NCBI GenBank assembly: GCA_007125005.1
Contig: SLDY01000004.1
Span: 13,368 to 77,367, forward strand
Direction of reading: 5' to 3'
Origin: Natronohydrobacter sp.
GTDB lineage: Bacteria > Pseudomonadota > Alphaproteobacteria > Rhodobacterales > Rhodobacteraceae
DNA: 64,000 nucleotides
In this document: in pieces, positions 42,665 to 53,207 of the stretch
How positions within the stretch are numbered: the stretch's first letter is position 1
Layout of the letters: every line of letters begins with the position of its first letter
Notes under the pieces: generated by a model
Databases searched by the model: none
What the model was told of the DNA's origin: nothing
Seen by the model: only the letters and a program-made list of their open reading frames with translations
Program-made: the position numbers and the translations under genes

Positions 42665-43123
42665 ATGAATTTCAAGACATTTCTGGGCACATTGGCTTTG
42701 ACCACAGCCCTCGCCATTCCCGCAATCGCCGATGAAGACCCGGCAATTGCGGCGCGGCAGGGCCAGTTCAAATTGTTTTCGCATAATTTTGGAGTTGTGG
42801 GCGGCATGGCTCAAGGACGCATAGATTATGATGCCGCGATGGCACAGACCGCAGCAGACAACCTCTTCCATCTCACCCGCGTGAACCAAACGCGGCTCTG
42901 GCCAGAAGGCACAGATGCACAGAGCGCTGAACGCACGCGCGCACTTCCGGCAATCTGGGATGACCTGGATGATTTCGTGGCAAAATTCGCAGCCCTTCAA
43001 GGTGCAGTCGAAAACCTGCAAAGCGTCGCGGGCAGCGGGCTCGATGAATTGCGTGCAGGGGTCGGCCAAGTGGGACAGGCCTGCCAAGCCTGCCACGAGG
43101 TGTATCGAGCTGAATCCAGCTAA
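42665..43123 (+). CDS. Cytochrome c' (class II)
   Basis: Signal peptide, ARQGQF, WPEGTD, ALPAIW, C-terminal CQACH. Confidence 0.92.
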   Translation: MNFKTFLGTLALTTALAIPAIADEDPAIAARQGQFKLFSHNFGVVGGMAQGRIDYDAAMAQTAADNLFHLTRVNQTRLWPEGTDAQSAERTRALPAIWDDLDDFVAKFAALQGAVENLQSVAGSGLDELRAGVGQVGQACQACHEVYRAESS

Positions 43124-43193
43124 GAGAGAAAACTAAGCAAGACAATGTGCGGCGCATTAAGATTGCGCCGCGCTGGCGCTTGAAGGAACGAGC

Positions 43194-44075
43194 ATGCGAA
43201 AATTTGTGCTGATCGCGGCGCTACTGGCAATAGTTGCCGGGGCAATGCTCTGGATCACATCAGCGCCGCGCCCCATGGACGCAGCAACCCTTGAAGAATT
43301 CGAAGGCGACACGGAACGCGGTGAAAAAATCTTCTTCGCCGCCGGTTGCGGCTCATGCCATATGGCTACAGAACGCGATGCCGACCCGCTGGTGTTGACA
43401 GGCGGTCGCGAATTTGTCTCCGATTTTGGCGTTTTCATCGCGCCCAATATCAGCCCCGACCCTGAGCATGGTATCGGAACATGGTCGCAGGCAGAATTCA
43501 TGAACGCAGTGATGCGGGGCATTTCTCCACAAGGCGCGCATTACTACCCCGCTTTTCCGTACACGAGCTATATCCGCGCCGAGCCGCAGGATGTTGCCGA
43601 CCTCTATGCGTACATCCGTACTCTACCAGCGGATGCGACTCCCTCCCAACCGCATCGTATTGGCTTTCCATTCAATATCCGCCGGTCCGTAGGGTTATGG
43701 AAACTGCTCTACCTGCGCGAGGACTGGGTGATCACAGGCGATTTGACTGCCGAAGAGGCGCGTGGTCGCTATCTGGCCGAAGCGCTGTCACATTGCGCAG
43801 AATGCCATACACCACGCAATGCGCTGGGTGCGCTCGATACAGCGCGCTGGCATAAAGGAGCAGCCAATCCCTCGGGCACAGGCCGTATTCCCGCAATAGC
43901 AGGTGATGACTTCGGATGGACTGAGTTTGATGTGAGTGCCTATCTTGAAACCGGCCTCACCCCGGGTTTTGATGTAGTCGGTGGTTCGATGGCGCAAGTT
44001 GTGCGCAATCTTCAGCAACTCGACAAGGCAGATCTCGATTCGCTCGCCGCTTATGTAATACGCGCATCAGAATAG
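43194..44075 (+). CDS. Membrane-anchored diheme class I cytochrome c
   Basis: N-terminal TM, CGSCH and CAECH, APNISPD..HGIG.WS, YYPAFPYTSY. Confidence 0.9.
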   Translation: MRKFVLIAALLAIVAGAMLWITSAPRPMDAATLEEFEGDTERGEKIFFAAGCGSCHMATERDADPLVLTGGREFVSDFGVFIAPNISPDPEHGIGTWSQAEFMNAVMRGISPQGAHYYPAFPYTSYIRAEPQDVADLYAYIRTLPADATPSQPHRIGFPFNIRRSVGLWKLLYLREDWVITGDLTAEEARGRYLAEALSHCAECHTPRNALGALDTARWHKGAANPSGTGRIPAIAGDDFGWTEFDVSAYLETGLTPGFDVVGGSMAQVVRNLQQLDKADLDSLAAYVIRASE

Positions 44076-44194
44076 AGCCGTATTCTGAAGCATAAACTGC
44101 CAAGACCGTGTGAATACCGTCTGCGTGCCCTTGTGTGGCAGACGCCCTCCCCGCATACTATATACACATCTATGGCAACTGGACTCATGTGACG

Positions 44195-45379
44195 ATGGCT
44201 GAACCCACAAAGACCACTGCCCTGAACGCGGTCGCGCGACTCAGCTTCAATGAGAAATTTCGCCTGCAGACATGGCTGATGGGCATCATTGCCTTCGCAG
44301 TGGTTCTGTTTTTGCTGGTTCAGGCCAAATTCATCCTGATCGCATTGGCAATCGCCATAATCCTGTTCTCACTGACTTCTGATGCGATCAACTCGATTTC
44401 GCGTTTACAGATCGGCCAGTTTCGCATCGCCAACTGGCTCGCTTCAGTCGTCGCGGTGTTTCTCATCGCGTCAGGACTACTCAGTATGGCTGGTCTGGTG
44501 ATCTCGCAGATCAACACCGTCCTCACGACAACGCTTTCATATACCGATGACGCCCAGCGCGCGATTGCGCAGATGTTTTCTTGGATGGGCGAAGATGTCG
44601 AGCAATCGGTCCTTCAAACCGTGCGCACAATTGAAATCTCGGGCTACCTTCGCTCTGCTGCAGGTCAGGCCGGAACGATCCTGAGCCAGGTAGTGCTGAT
44701 TATCCTTTTCGTTGGGTTTCTCTTCGCCGAGCGCGTCTGGTTCAATACCAAGCTCGAAAACCTGATGGCAGACCAGGCGCAGGCACTGCGAGTGAGCGCA
44801 ATTATTGGTTCGATCATTCGCCGGGTGAACCGCTATCTGCTGGTAAAGGGTCTGATCTCCACAGTGACCGGGCTTGCCATCTTTGTTCTGATGAGCGTGT
44901 TCAACCTTCAATTTGCTGTGGCAATGGGCCTTTTGACCTTCGTTTTGAACTTCATTCCCTCAGTTGGATCGATCATTGCCACGCTGGTCGTGACGCTAGT
45001 GGCCTACATTCAGGTCCCCGAGCCACAAACGGCAGTGCTGATATTCGTGCTCGCCGGGATGACACAGTTCCTGCTTGGCAATGTCATTGACCCGATGCTC
45101 ATGGGTAAGACGCTGCGACTATCTTCCTTCGGCATCATCATTTCACTAGCGTTTTGGGGCGCCGTATGGGGTGTGCCGGGCATGTTTCTTGCCGTCCCCT
45201 TTATGGTTGCTGTGATGATCGTCTGCTCGCATATCCCCGCTGCACGCCCTGTGGCAGTGTTGCTCTCGCGCGAAGGGTTGCCGGAAGAAGAGTTTCCCCT
45301 GATCCCGCCCGAAGCAGATGTTACATCCGACGACGCGGCAGAGGAAAAACACTTTGGCCGCGTTATCGGGGCGGAGTAG
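44195..45379 (+). CDS. AI-2E family transporter
   Basis: Hydrophobic; LNFIPSVGS, GNVIDPMLMG, WGVPGMFLAVP. Confidence 0.9.
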   Translation: MAEPTKTTALNAVARLSFNEKFRLQTWLMGIIAFAVVLFLLVQAKFILIALAIAIILFSLTSDAINSISRLQIGQFRIANWLASVVAVFLIASGLLSMAGLVISQINTVLTTTLSYTDDAQRAIAQMFSWMGEDVEQSVLQTVRTIEISGYLRSAAGQAGTILSQVVLIILFVGFLFAERVWFNTKLENLMADQAQALRVSAIIGSIIRRVNRYLLVKGLISTVTGLAIFVLMSVFNLQFAVAMGLLTFVLNFIPSVGSIIATLVVTLVAYIQVPEPQTAVLIFVLAGMTQFLLGNVIDPMLMGKTLRLSSFGIIISLAFWGAVWGVPGMFLAVPFMVAVMIVCSHIPAARPVAVLLSREGLPEEEFPLIPPEADVTSDDAAEEKHFGRVIGAE

Positions 45380-45386
45380 ACCGCGA

Positions 45387-45971
45387 TCAGGGGCGGAGCA
45401 GCTCCACCGGTGTCACGATCAAATCCAGTCTCTGATCGGTCGGCTCAGTCGGCACTTGCGCCACTTCCTGCTCTTCAAAACCTATGCCAACCGCGAGGAT
45501 CGGGCCTTGCGCGCGCAATCGCTCCAGCGTGCGATCGTAAAAACCTCCACCATAGCCCAACCGATAACCCCGACGATCAAACGCCAGAAGTGGCACAATC
45601 AGCGCACGCGGGCTTAGCGCATCACGCACGGCCGGGATACGCGCCTTGAAAGCACCCTCGATCATCTCTGCCTGTGCATGCCAGCGATGAAATTCCAGCG
45701 GCTGCCCCTTCCCAGCGATGACAGGGACGCAAACAGGGCCGGGATGCGCAATCATAGCAGGTAGCGGATCAATTTCTGAACGCATGGGCATATAACCAGA
45801 GAGCACAATCTCACTGAGCTCAGAACCAAATGTATCTGCCAAAACCTCCGCTACGCGCTCGCAGGCGACACGGCACTTCTCAGGCGCATCCGAGGCACGG
45901 AACGCTGCATCGCGAAGGCTTGCAAGCCTTGCGCGCATGACGGACTTCTTTGATACAAGGTCTTCGTTCAT
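45387..45971 (-). CDS. 5-formyltetrahydrofolate cyclo-ligase
   Basis: GYMPMRSEIDP, IVPLLAFDRRGYRLGYGGGFYDRTL, DQRLDLIVT. Confidence 0.95.
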   Translation of the reverse strand: MNEDLVSKKSVMRARLASLRDAAFRASDAPEKCRVACERVAEVLADTFGSELSEIVLSGYMPMRSEIDPLPAMIAHPGPVCVPVIAGKGQPLEFHRWHAQAEMIEGAFKARIPAVRDALSPRALIVPLLAFDRRGYRLGYGGGFYDRTLERLRAQGPILAVGIGFEEQEVAQVPTEPTDQRLDLIVTPVELLRP

Positions 45972-45980
45972 CGGCTCTAC

Positions 45981-46625
45981 TCACTCGGGCATCTGTGCGT
46001 CGAATTCGGCATTCAACCCACGCACAAAGGCATTGAGGTCCGTCTGACGGTCGCGCCGCAATCGCTCTGCCGCAATAATGCCTCGCAGCGCGGCATCGGT
46101 GCGCTCCAGATCGTCATTGACCAGCACATAATCATATTCCGCCCAATGACTGATCTCGTCTCGGGATTTGCGCATCCGCCCGGCAATCACCTCGTCGCTG
46201 TCCTGCGCACGAGCACGAAGCCGTGCTTCAAGCTCGGCAATAGAAGGCGGCAGGACAAAGATCGAGACGACATCCTTGCCTAGGCTCGAATTGCGCACCT
46301 GTTGCCCGCCCTGCCAATCGATATCAAAAAGCATGTCGCGCCCTTCGGTCAGAGCAGTTTCGACGGGTGCTTTTGGCGAGCCATAGAAATTTCCGAACAC
46401 TTCGGCATGCTCCAGCATCTCGCCTTCAGCGATCATCGCCTCGAAATCTGATCTTGTCTTGAAATAATATTCGCGCCCGTCCACTTCGCCCGCGCGGGGG
46501 GTGCGCGTGGTGGCGGAAACAGAAAAGCGAATGGCCGGATCCCAAGCCATCAACCGGCGCGCGAGTGTTGATTTGCCAGCCCCTGAAGGCGATGACAGGA
46601 TGATCAGCAAGCCACGTCGCGCCAT
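45981..46625 (-). CDS. gmk: Guanylate kinase
   Basis: [28 protein letters not shown]. Confidence 0.97.
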   Translation of the reverse strand: MARRGLLIILSSPSGAGKSTLARRLMAWDPAIRFSVSATTRTPRAGEVDGREYYFKTRSDFEAMIAEGEMLEHAEVFGNFYGSPKAPVETALTEGRDMLFDIDWQGGQQVRNSSLGKDVVSIFVLPPSIAELEARLRARAQDSDEVIAGRMRKSRDEISHWAEYDYVLVNDDLERTDAALRGIIAAERLRRDRQTDLNAFVRGLNAEFDAQMPE

Positions 46626-46629
46626 CGGG

Positions 46630-47532
46630 TTACTCCACATTCTGAATCTGCTCGCGCATCTGGTCGATCACAGCCTTGAGGTCAAGCCCGATGCGCGTCA
46701 TTTCCAGATGCTGCGCCTTGGAGCATAATGTGTTGGCCTCCCGGTTGAACTCCTGAATCAGAAACTCCAGCTTGCGCCCAACGGCGCCCTGAGCCTTCAA
46801 CAATGCGCGCGCCGCAGCGCTATGCGCATCCAAGCGGTCCAGTTCCTCTGCAATATCGGCCTTCACAGCAAGAATTGCCAGTTCTTGCTCAAGCCGCGTC
46901 GGATCGGCGCGCGTGGCTTCAGTCACCTGAGCGAGCGCCTTATGAAAATGCGCCTTCAAATCATCTGCACGCGCGCTCTGTAACGCCCGCGCTGCCGTTG
47001 TGAGCCGCACCACCTCATCGATCTGCTGTGCCAGAATCTGAGCGAGCGATTCGCCTTCTTGCCCACGCATCTCACAAAAGGATGCCAGAAGGTGATCAAG
47101 ATCTTCGAGAAAAACCGCTTCCAGCGATTCTGGCCGAATTACGGCAAGTTCACGGCCAGCCGCCTGGATTCCGCGCCACGCGAGCAGATCAAGGGCAGTC
47201 GGAGGCGTGAGAACGACACCCGCTTCGCGCGCCTGCATCTCGATCTCGGCAAGTCCTTTAAGGACTGTTTCCAAGGCCGTCTTGTCAATGCTCCCAACGG
47301 CCTCCGCCTGATCAATTTTCACCCGCAATGCAAGCGAGATGGTGCCACGCGCAACGTGCTTCGCGATCTGATCCTTCAACTTTTTTTCAAGAAAGCCAAT
47401 TGCTTCAGGTATACGCACGCGTATTTCAAGCCCGCGTCCATTTACGGCACGAAGCTCCCAATCCCACTCCAAACTCAGACCATCGATTGTGCAAAAACCA
47501 TTGTGGCTGGCATAGCCAGTCATCGATTGCAT
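46630..47532 (-). CDS. YicC/YloC-family endoribonuclease
   Basis: [55 protein letters not shown]. Confidence 0.94.
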   Translation of the reverse strand: MQSMTGYASHNGFCTIDGLSLEWDWELRAVNGRGLEIRVRIPEAIGFLEKKLKDQIAKHVARGTISLALRVKIDQAEAVGSIDKTALETVLKGLAEIEMQAREAGVVLTPPTALDLLAWRGIQAAGRELAVIRPESLEAVFLEDLDHLLASFCEMRGQEGESLAQILAQQIDEVVRLTTAARALQSARADDLKAHFHKALAQVTEATRADPTRLEQELAILAVKADIAEELDRLDAHSAAARALLKAQGAVGRKLEFLIQEFNREANTLCSKAQHLEMTRIGLDLKAVIDQMREQIQNVE

Positions 47533-47624
47533 GGGTGAAGACTCCTGCTCTTGCTCTCAGCCAACTCGGCCTGCGCTTAACCAAATTCACAAAATGTGGC
47601 AGAAATCGAGCAAAATTCGAGCTA

Positions 47625-47639
47625 TTAATACCTCATTAA
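47625..47639. promoter_or_regulatory. CtrA box
   Basis: Perfect TTAA-TACCTCA-TTAA with nearby TTAAC half-sites, 99 bp upstream of the PAS gene. Confidence 0.7.
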
Positions 47640-47738
47640 GAGAGCTTGCTGTAGGGTTAACAACAGCCACAGACACAGCTCGCGTTCATTTGCCGGTCGC
47701 CCTCGCGCAATTGGCAGCACAGGTGAGGAGCCACGATC

Positions 47739-48329
47739 ATGAGAGAGACCAGAAGTAACCACTGTTCACATCTGGGCAAAACTGAAGGCGCAAACACAAT
47801 CATCTCAGAGGTCACTGATTATTGGGCGTCTTTGCGCACAGGCTCACAACCACCAATGCGCCAGCAGATTGATCCCGCAGCACTTGGGCACAAACTCCCG
47901 CATATCTTTCTCGCCGAATTGGTCAGTCCACGCGTGGCAAAGTTGCGCATCTGTGGTCAGCAGATTGAAGATATGCTCGGCATGGAAATGCGCGGAATGC
48001 CCGTAACTGCGATGTTCAGCGGCACTGCACGTAACGAGGTCATGCAAGCAATCGAGCACGTTTCTCTTGGTGCACGTGTAACTCTTGTACTCGAAGGCGA
48101 AAGTGGCTTCGGTCTGCCGCATCTCACTGCAACGCTTGCACTCTTGCCGCTCACAGATGCAAGCGGCAAGATCAGCCGCGTAATGGGAGTACTCATGCGT
48201 GAGGGCGATCCCGGTCGCACGCCGCGCTACTTCACGTTGGCAAGGACAGTCGACCTTACGGCCGAGCCCGCACCTTTCGCAACTGCGCCGCGGCCAGCCT
48301 TGCGTGTCATCAAGGGCGGCAAGCTGTAA
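47739..48329 (+). CDS. Stand-alone PAS-domain protein (PAS_5-like)
   Basis: YWASLR...P.R..IDP..L...LP.IF, G.EMRGMPVTAMF, LALLPL. Confidence 0.8.
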   Translation: MRETRSNHCSHLGKTEGANTIISEVTDYWASLRTGSQPPMRQQIDPAALGHKLPHIFLAELVSPRVAKLRICGQQIEDMLGMEMRGMPVTAMFSGTARNEVMQAIEHVSLGARVTLVLEGESGFGLPHLTATLALLPLTDASGKISRVMGVLMREGDPGRTPRYFTLARTVDLTAEPAPFATAPRPALRVIKGGKL

Positions 48330-48420
48330 GGGTGGATGGCTTGATGCACGATATGTGGTTTTCTTGAACGTCGTGAGGGAGTAAGAGACAGCAAACGTAA
48401 TTCAGATACGGTACGCTGTG

Positions 48421-49143
48421 ATGATCCTCTACCCCGCAATCGACCTCAAGGATGGCCAATGCGTTCGCCTTTATAAGGGAGAGATGGCGCAGGCTACGAT
48501 ATTCAACGATGATCCAGCCGCGCAGGCCCGTGCCTTTTCCCGGCAAGGGGCAGAGTGGTTGCATCTGGTCGATCTCAACGGTGCCTTTGCCGGCACACCC
48601 GTCAATGCCGCCGCTGTCGAGAGTATTCTCGATGCGGTCGAAATCCCCTGCCAGTTGGGCGGAGGTATTCGCGATATGGCCACGATCGAGGGCTGGCTTA
48701 CCCGCGGGCTAAGGCGGGTTATCCTGGGAACTGTGGCGGTGGAACAGCAAGCGTTGGTTCGCAAGGCAGCCAAAGCCTTTCCTGGGCAGGTCGCCGTGGG
48801 CATTGACGCGCGCGATGGGCGTGTCGCAACAAAGGGCTGGGCCGAGGAAACCGATGTCGAGGTGACAGAACTCGCGCGCCAGTTCGAGGATGCGGGCGTT
48901 GCGGCGATCATCTACACGGATATCAATCGCGACGGTGCCATGCAGGGACCGAATGTCGCCGCAACGGCGGCGCTGGCGCGCGCGGTCTCGATCCCGGTCA
49001 TTGCTTCGGGTGGGGTTTCACGACTTGAGGATCTGGTGGCTCTGCGCGAATGTGGCGCACCTCTGAACGGCGCGATATCAGGACGCGCGCTTTATGATGG
49101 CAAACTCGATCTGGCAGAGGCTATCGCGACGCTGAAAGCCTGA
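48421..49143 (+). CDS. hisA: ProFAR isomerase
   Basis: [41 protein letters not shown]. Confidence 0.97.
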   Translation: MILYPAIDLKDGQCVRLYKGEMAQATIFNDDPAAQARAFSRQGAEWLHLVDLNGAFAGTPVNAAAVESILDAVEIPCQLGGGIRDMATIEGWLTRGLRRVILGTVAVEQQALVRKAAKAFPGQVAVGIDARDGRVATKGWAEETDVEVTELARQFEDAGVAAIIYTDINRDGAMQGPNVAATAALARAVSIPVIASGGVSRLEDLVALRECGAPLNGAISGRALYDGKLDLAEAIATLKA

Positions 49144-49146
49144 GCC

Positions 49147-49836
49147 TCAGCTATGCGTTATAAGCCGACGCGCCTCGCGTTTCGCAGATGCGCTGAGTGT
49201 CGAGCCCGGCCCCTCCAGAAACACGCACACAGCTTGTGGATCGCGGCGCGAAAGGTCGCGTAGCCACCAGGCGATGGCTTTCTGGATGAAACGGTCGCGG
49301 TCGTGCACATAGCCAGCCGCCCAGCCCAGCACGCGCGCGCGGATGGCCATATCGTCAGGCTTCGGGTGCGCCAGCCGCGCCCAAGGCAATGTCATCACGA
49401 GCGCGGCGCGTCGCGTCCACATATTGTGGCTGACAGTCCAGTCTTCGACGTCATCCAGCCTGCGCGGATCGGCGATGAGCCGTTTTCCTCCGGCGATCGA
49501 AGCATGATCGGCCAACGCCCAGCTATCGAATTCCTGCGCCCAAGCCGCGATCATTTGCCAGACGGGACTGTCATCGGGCCGGATCCGGGCCTGAGAGAGA
49601 AGCTTCGCAGCATAGATCCGGGCCTCATGGATGTCGCTCTCCCACAGCGCCTGCGCCAGATCACACCGCGCCTCAAGGCTCAGAGAGCGGCGTTGTTCGC
49701 GCGACATCATCTCCAGCGTCTCAGTCGAAAGCCCCAGAAACTCACGCGCCGTCTTGTGATAGGCCGCCATCTCTGCTGCCTTCTGCGCATCACCAAGCGC
49801 GCGCAACTCCGCTATCAGGCTGTTGGCCACACTCAT
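49147..49836 (-). CDS. DNA alkylation repair protein (AlkD-like)
   Basis: LWESDIHEAR, FDSWALAD, WTVSHNMWTRRAAL, FIQKAIAWWLRDLS. Confidence 0.85.
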   Translation of the reverse strand: MSVANSLIAELRALGDAQKAAEMAAYHKTAREFLGLSTETLEMMSREQRRSLSLEARCDLAQALWESDIHEARIYAAKLLSQARIRPDDSPVWQMIAAWAQEFDSWALADHASIAGGKRLIADPRRLDDVEDWTVSHNMWTRRAALVMTLPWARLAHPKPDDMAIRARVLGWAAGYVHDRDRFIQKAIAWWLRDLSRRDPQAVCVFLEGPGSTLSASAKREARRLITHS

Positions 49837-51650
49837 TCCACGGTCACGGATTTCGCGAGATTACGCGGCTGGTCCACATCGGTCCCGCGATGTAGCGCCG
49901 TGTGATAAGCGATGAGCTGCGCAGGCACGGCGTATATGATGGGCGCGATGAATTCCGGCACTGTAGGCATCTGCAAGCAGTAGGGCACATCGCCTGCCTC
50001 CGCGAGCCCTTGCGCGTCCGAAATCAGGATCACCGTGCCCTGCCGCGCCATGACTTCCTGCATATTGGAGGCGGTCTTCTCGAACAATCCGTCATGGGGT
50101 GCGAAAACGATCACTGGCAGATCCGTATCGACCAGCGCGATCGGCCCATGCTTCAATTCACCCGCCGCATAAGCTTCGGCATGTATATAACTGATTTCTT
50201 TCAGCTTTAGAGCACCTTCCAATGCGAGTGGATACATCACTCCACGCCCCAGAAAAAGCACATCGCGCGCCTGCGAGAGAGTTTCAGTAAGGCGCCGGAT
50301 TTCTTCTTCACGATCAAGCGCCTGAGCGACGAAACCGGGCACGGCCCGCAATTCCGCAAGCCGGGCTTCAAAAGCCTCTGGTGTAAGGCGTCCCCGCTGC
50401 ATACCAGCCTTGAGCGCCAGCAGGGCTAGCACTTGCAGTTGCGCTGTGAATGCCTTTGTCGAGGCGACCCCGATTTCCGGCCCGGCATGGATCGGAAGCG
50501 CCACGGCACTTTCACGGGCAATCGAAGATGTCGGCACATTGATGACCGACACCACCTGCGCCACATGCGGGCTTACATGGCGCAGTGCTGCGAGCGTATC
50601 TGCGGTTTCACCTGACTGGCTGACAAAAAGAGCCGTATTGTTGGGGCCGAGCACAGGGTCACGGTAGCGAAACTCCGAAGCGATATCGAGTTCCACCGGC
50701 AGCCCAGCATATTTCTCGAACCAGTATTTTGCCACCTGGCACGCATAGAAAGCCGTCCCGCAGGCAACCATGATAAGCCTGTCTGTGTTTGCGAAATCAA
50801 GCTCTGCGGGCAGCGTGATATCACCGCCTGAAAGCCCTGCATAATGGCTCATTGAGGCTTGCAACACTCGCGGCTGTTCGGCCATTTCCTTGGCCATGAA
50901 ATGCCGATGCCCGGATTTGTCGACACGCGCTGTTTCAACATTAATACGCGTAACGGGGCGATTGGTCTGGTGATCATCGGCATCGAAGATCAACGCTCCG
51001 CTGCGCGACAGGATGGCCCAGTCCCCCTCTTCGAGATAGGTGATGCGGTCGGTCAACTCGGCAAGCGCTATGGCGTCAGAGCCAAGATACATCTCGTTTT
51101 GCCCATGACCGATGCAGAGCGGAGAGCCGCGCCGCGCGCAGATGATCATATCCTCTTCGCCCTCGAAGAGGAATGCAACTGCAAACGCGCCTTCCAGTCG
51201 CTTGAGCGTCGCGCGCGCGGCTTCAACCGCTGTCATGCCACGTTCCAGATACAGGCTCGCCAGTTGCACAATGGTTTCGGTATCGGTCTCGCTGCTGAAG
51301 GAAATCCCTTCTGCACCGAGTTCCTCGCGCAGCGCGCGGAAATTCTCGATGATGCCATTATGGACAACCGCCACCCGCCCGGCCCGGTGCGGATGAGCAT
51401 TCGCTACTGAAGGGCCGCCATGCGTGGCCCAGCGTGTGTGGCCGATCCCAGAACGGCCCGGAAGTGGCTCATGAACAAGAATATCGGAAAGATTGATCAG
51501 CTTACCCACCGCACGGCGCAGATCAAGTTTGCCGCGATTGATCGTTGCAATACCGGCACTGTCATAGCCGCGGTATTCCAGACGCTTGAGCGCATCAAGT
51601 ATCTGAGGCGAGACCTCGTGATTTCCCAGCACACCAACAATGCCACACAT
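49833..51650 (-). CDS. glmS: Glutamine-fructose-6-phosphate aminotransferase
   Basis: MCGIVG, LEYRGYDSAG, GHTRWATHG, SQSGETAD, PRNLAKSVTVE. Confidence 0.98.
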   Translation of the reverse strand: MCGIVGVLGNHEVSPQILDALKRLEYRGYDSAGIATINRGKLDLRRAVGKLINLSDILVHEPLPGRSGIGHTRWATHGGPSVANAHPHRAGRVAVVHNGIIENFRALREELGAEGISFSSETDTETIVQLASLYLERGMTAVEAARATLKRLEGAFAVAFLFEGEEDMIICARRGSPLCIGHGQNEMYLGSDAIALAELTDRITYLEEGDWAILSRSGALIFDADDHQTNRPVTRINVETARVDKSGHRHFMAKEMAEQPRVLQASMSHYAGLSGGDITLPAELDFANTDRLIMVACGTAFYACQVAKYWFEKYAGLPVELDIASEFRYRDPVLGPNNTALFVSQSGETADTLAALRHVSPHVAQVVSVINVPTSSIARESAVALPIHAGPEIGVASTKAFTAQLQVLALLALKAGMQRGRLTPEAFEARLAELRAVPGFVAQALDREEEIRRLTETLSQARDVLFLGRGVMYPLALEGALKLKEISYIHAEAYAAGELKHGPIALVDTDLPVIVFAPHDGLFEKTASNMQEVMARQGTVILISDAQGLAEAGDVPYCLQMPTVPEFIAPIIYAVPAQLIAYHTALHRGTDVDQPRNLAKSVTVE

Positions 51651-51655
51651 CTTTC

Positions 51656-53005
51656 TCAGCCTTTCTTCTGGGCGGCCTTCACTGCCCTCAGCCGGTCCAT
51701 AAGCCGTTTGCCAAGACCTGCCTTCGTTTCCTGCCGCGAGCGCCCCAAAGCAAGCGCATCATCCGGGACATCGGAGGTAATGACAGATCCCGAACCGGTC
51801 AGCGCCGCACGGCCAATGCGCACAGGCGCAACAAGCATCGTAGAGGAGCCGATGAAAGCATCTTCCCCGATCTCGGTGTGGTGCTTGGAAACCCCGTCAT
51901 AATTGCAGGTGACTGTTCCCGCTCCAAGATTGGCGCGCGCACCGACGCTGGCATCGCCGACATAGGAGAGGTGATTGACTTTTGCACCCTCGCCCAAAGC
52001 CGCATTCTTGATCTCGACGAAATTGCCTACACGTACATCCTCGGCCAGTTCGGCACCGGGGCGCAACCGGGCATAGGGACCAACCACAGCGCCGCGACTG
52101 ATATGCGCGCCCTCAATATGGCTGAATGCGCGGATTTGCGCTCCAGTTTCGACAGTCACACCGGGACCAAAGACCACGAACTGTTCGACCACCGCATCGC
52201 GCCCGATAACCGTATCTTGTGCAAAATGCACAGTCTCTGGGGCAAGCAGCGCCACCCCGGCCTCGAGGGCCTCTGCCCGCATCCGCTTCTGAAATGCAGC
52301 CTCAGCGCGGACAAGCTCGGCGCGCGTGTTGATACCCAGAGTTTCGGCCTCATCGCAACTTACAACACCTGCTGATAGCCCGCGCCCGCGCGCCAGCGCC
52401 ACGATATCTGTCAGATAGTATTCGCCCGAGGAATTGGCGTTGCCGACCTCGGAGATCAGGTCAAACAGAAGCGCGCTATCGGCGCAGAGCACTCCGCTGT
52501 TGCAAAGCGTGATCGCACGTTCGTCTTCGCTCGCATCCTTGAACTCGACAATGCGCTCCAGCTTCTCGTCTTGCACGACGAGCCGCCCATAGCGGCCCGG
52601 ATCGACAGCTTCAAAGCCAAGCACGACCACATCATGGGCCGCGCGCGCAAGCTGCATCTGTACGAGTGTGTCGGGCTGAATGAAAGGTGTATCGCCGTAG
52701 AGCACGATAACATCACCATCCACCCCGGCGAGCGCCCCGCGCGCCTGTGCAACGGCATTGGCCGTTCCAAGCTGCACCTCTTGCGTCACGACCAGTGCCT
52801 CGGGGTCTTCCTCGGCGACAGACCTCGCCACTGCTGCGCCGCCGTGACCAACCACGACCACCACCCGCTCAGGATCAAGTGCACGTCCTGCGCGCATCGC
52901 ATGAACCACGAGCGGGGTTGCACCAATCGGATGCAGAACCTTGGGCAGATCGGAGAGCATTCGGCTCCCCTGCCCTGCAGCGAGAATGACGAGCGAAACA
53001 GCCAT
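51656..53005 (-). CDS. glmU: Bifunctional GlcNAc-1-P uridyltransferase/acetyltransferase
   Basis: ILAAGQGSRM..PKVLH, YGDTP, EYYLTD, hexapeptide repeats, NYDG. Confidence 0.97.
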   Translation of the reverse strand: MAVSLVILAAGQGSRMLSDLPKVLHPIGATPLVVHAMRAGRALDPERVVVVVGHGGAAVARSVAEEDPEALVVTQEVQLGTANAVAQARGALAGVDGDVIVLYGDTPFIQPDTLVQMQLARAAHDVVVLGFEAVDPGRYGRLVVQDEKLERIVEFKDASEDERAITLCNSGVLCADSALLFDLISEVGNANSSGEYYLTDIVALARGRGLSAGVVSCDEAETLGINTRAELVRAEAAFQKRMRAEALEAGVALLAPETVHFAQDTVIGRDAVVEQFVVFGPGVTVETGAQIRAFSHIEGAHISRGAVVGPYARLRPGAELAEDVRVGNFVEIKNAALGEGAKVNHLSYVGDASVGARANLGAGTVTCNYDGVSKHHTEIGEDAFIGSSTMLVAPVRIGRAALTGSGSVITSDVPDDALALGRSRQETKAGLGKRLMDRLRAVKAAQKKG

Positions 53006-53132
53006 GAAATGCGCGGACCTGCCAGTTTGAGCTTTGAGCTGAGTGATGCCGCAGATAGCCCGGTCAGGGCAAGAGACACAAGGCTCACTTCTGGTTTCAC
53101 CTCGAAACAGAGCGCCACGATCGCATGTCGAT

Positions 53133-53146
53133 TTGACCGAAATCAA
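53133..53146. promoter_or_regulatory. FNR/FnrL box upstream of USP cluster
   Basis: TTGAC-CGAA-ATCAA ending 61 bp before the first usp ATG. Confidence 0.72.
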
Positions 53147-53207
53147 CGACGCGGGCAAACTCCACGTGCAATTGCTTCATGCAGCGCAACAGGAAAGGAC
53201 AGCCCCA

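Noticed and set aside
45960-45990. 6S RNA upstream of the 5-FTHF cyclo-ligase gene
   Set aside because: Only 9 bp separate it from gmk, leaving no room.
51640-51670. glmS ribozyme
   Set aside because: glmU and glmS are 5 bp apart, and the ribozyme is not expected in this lineage.
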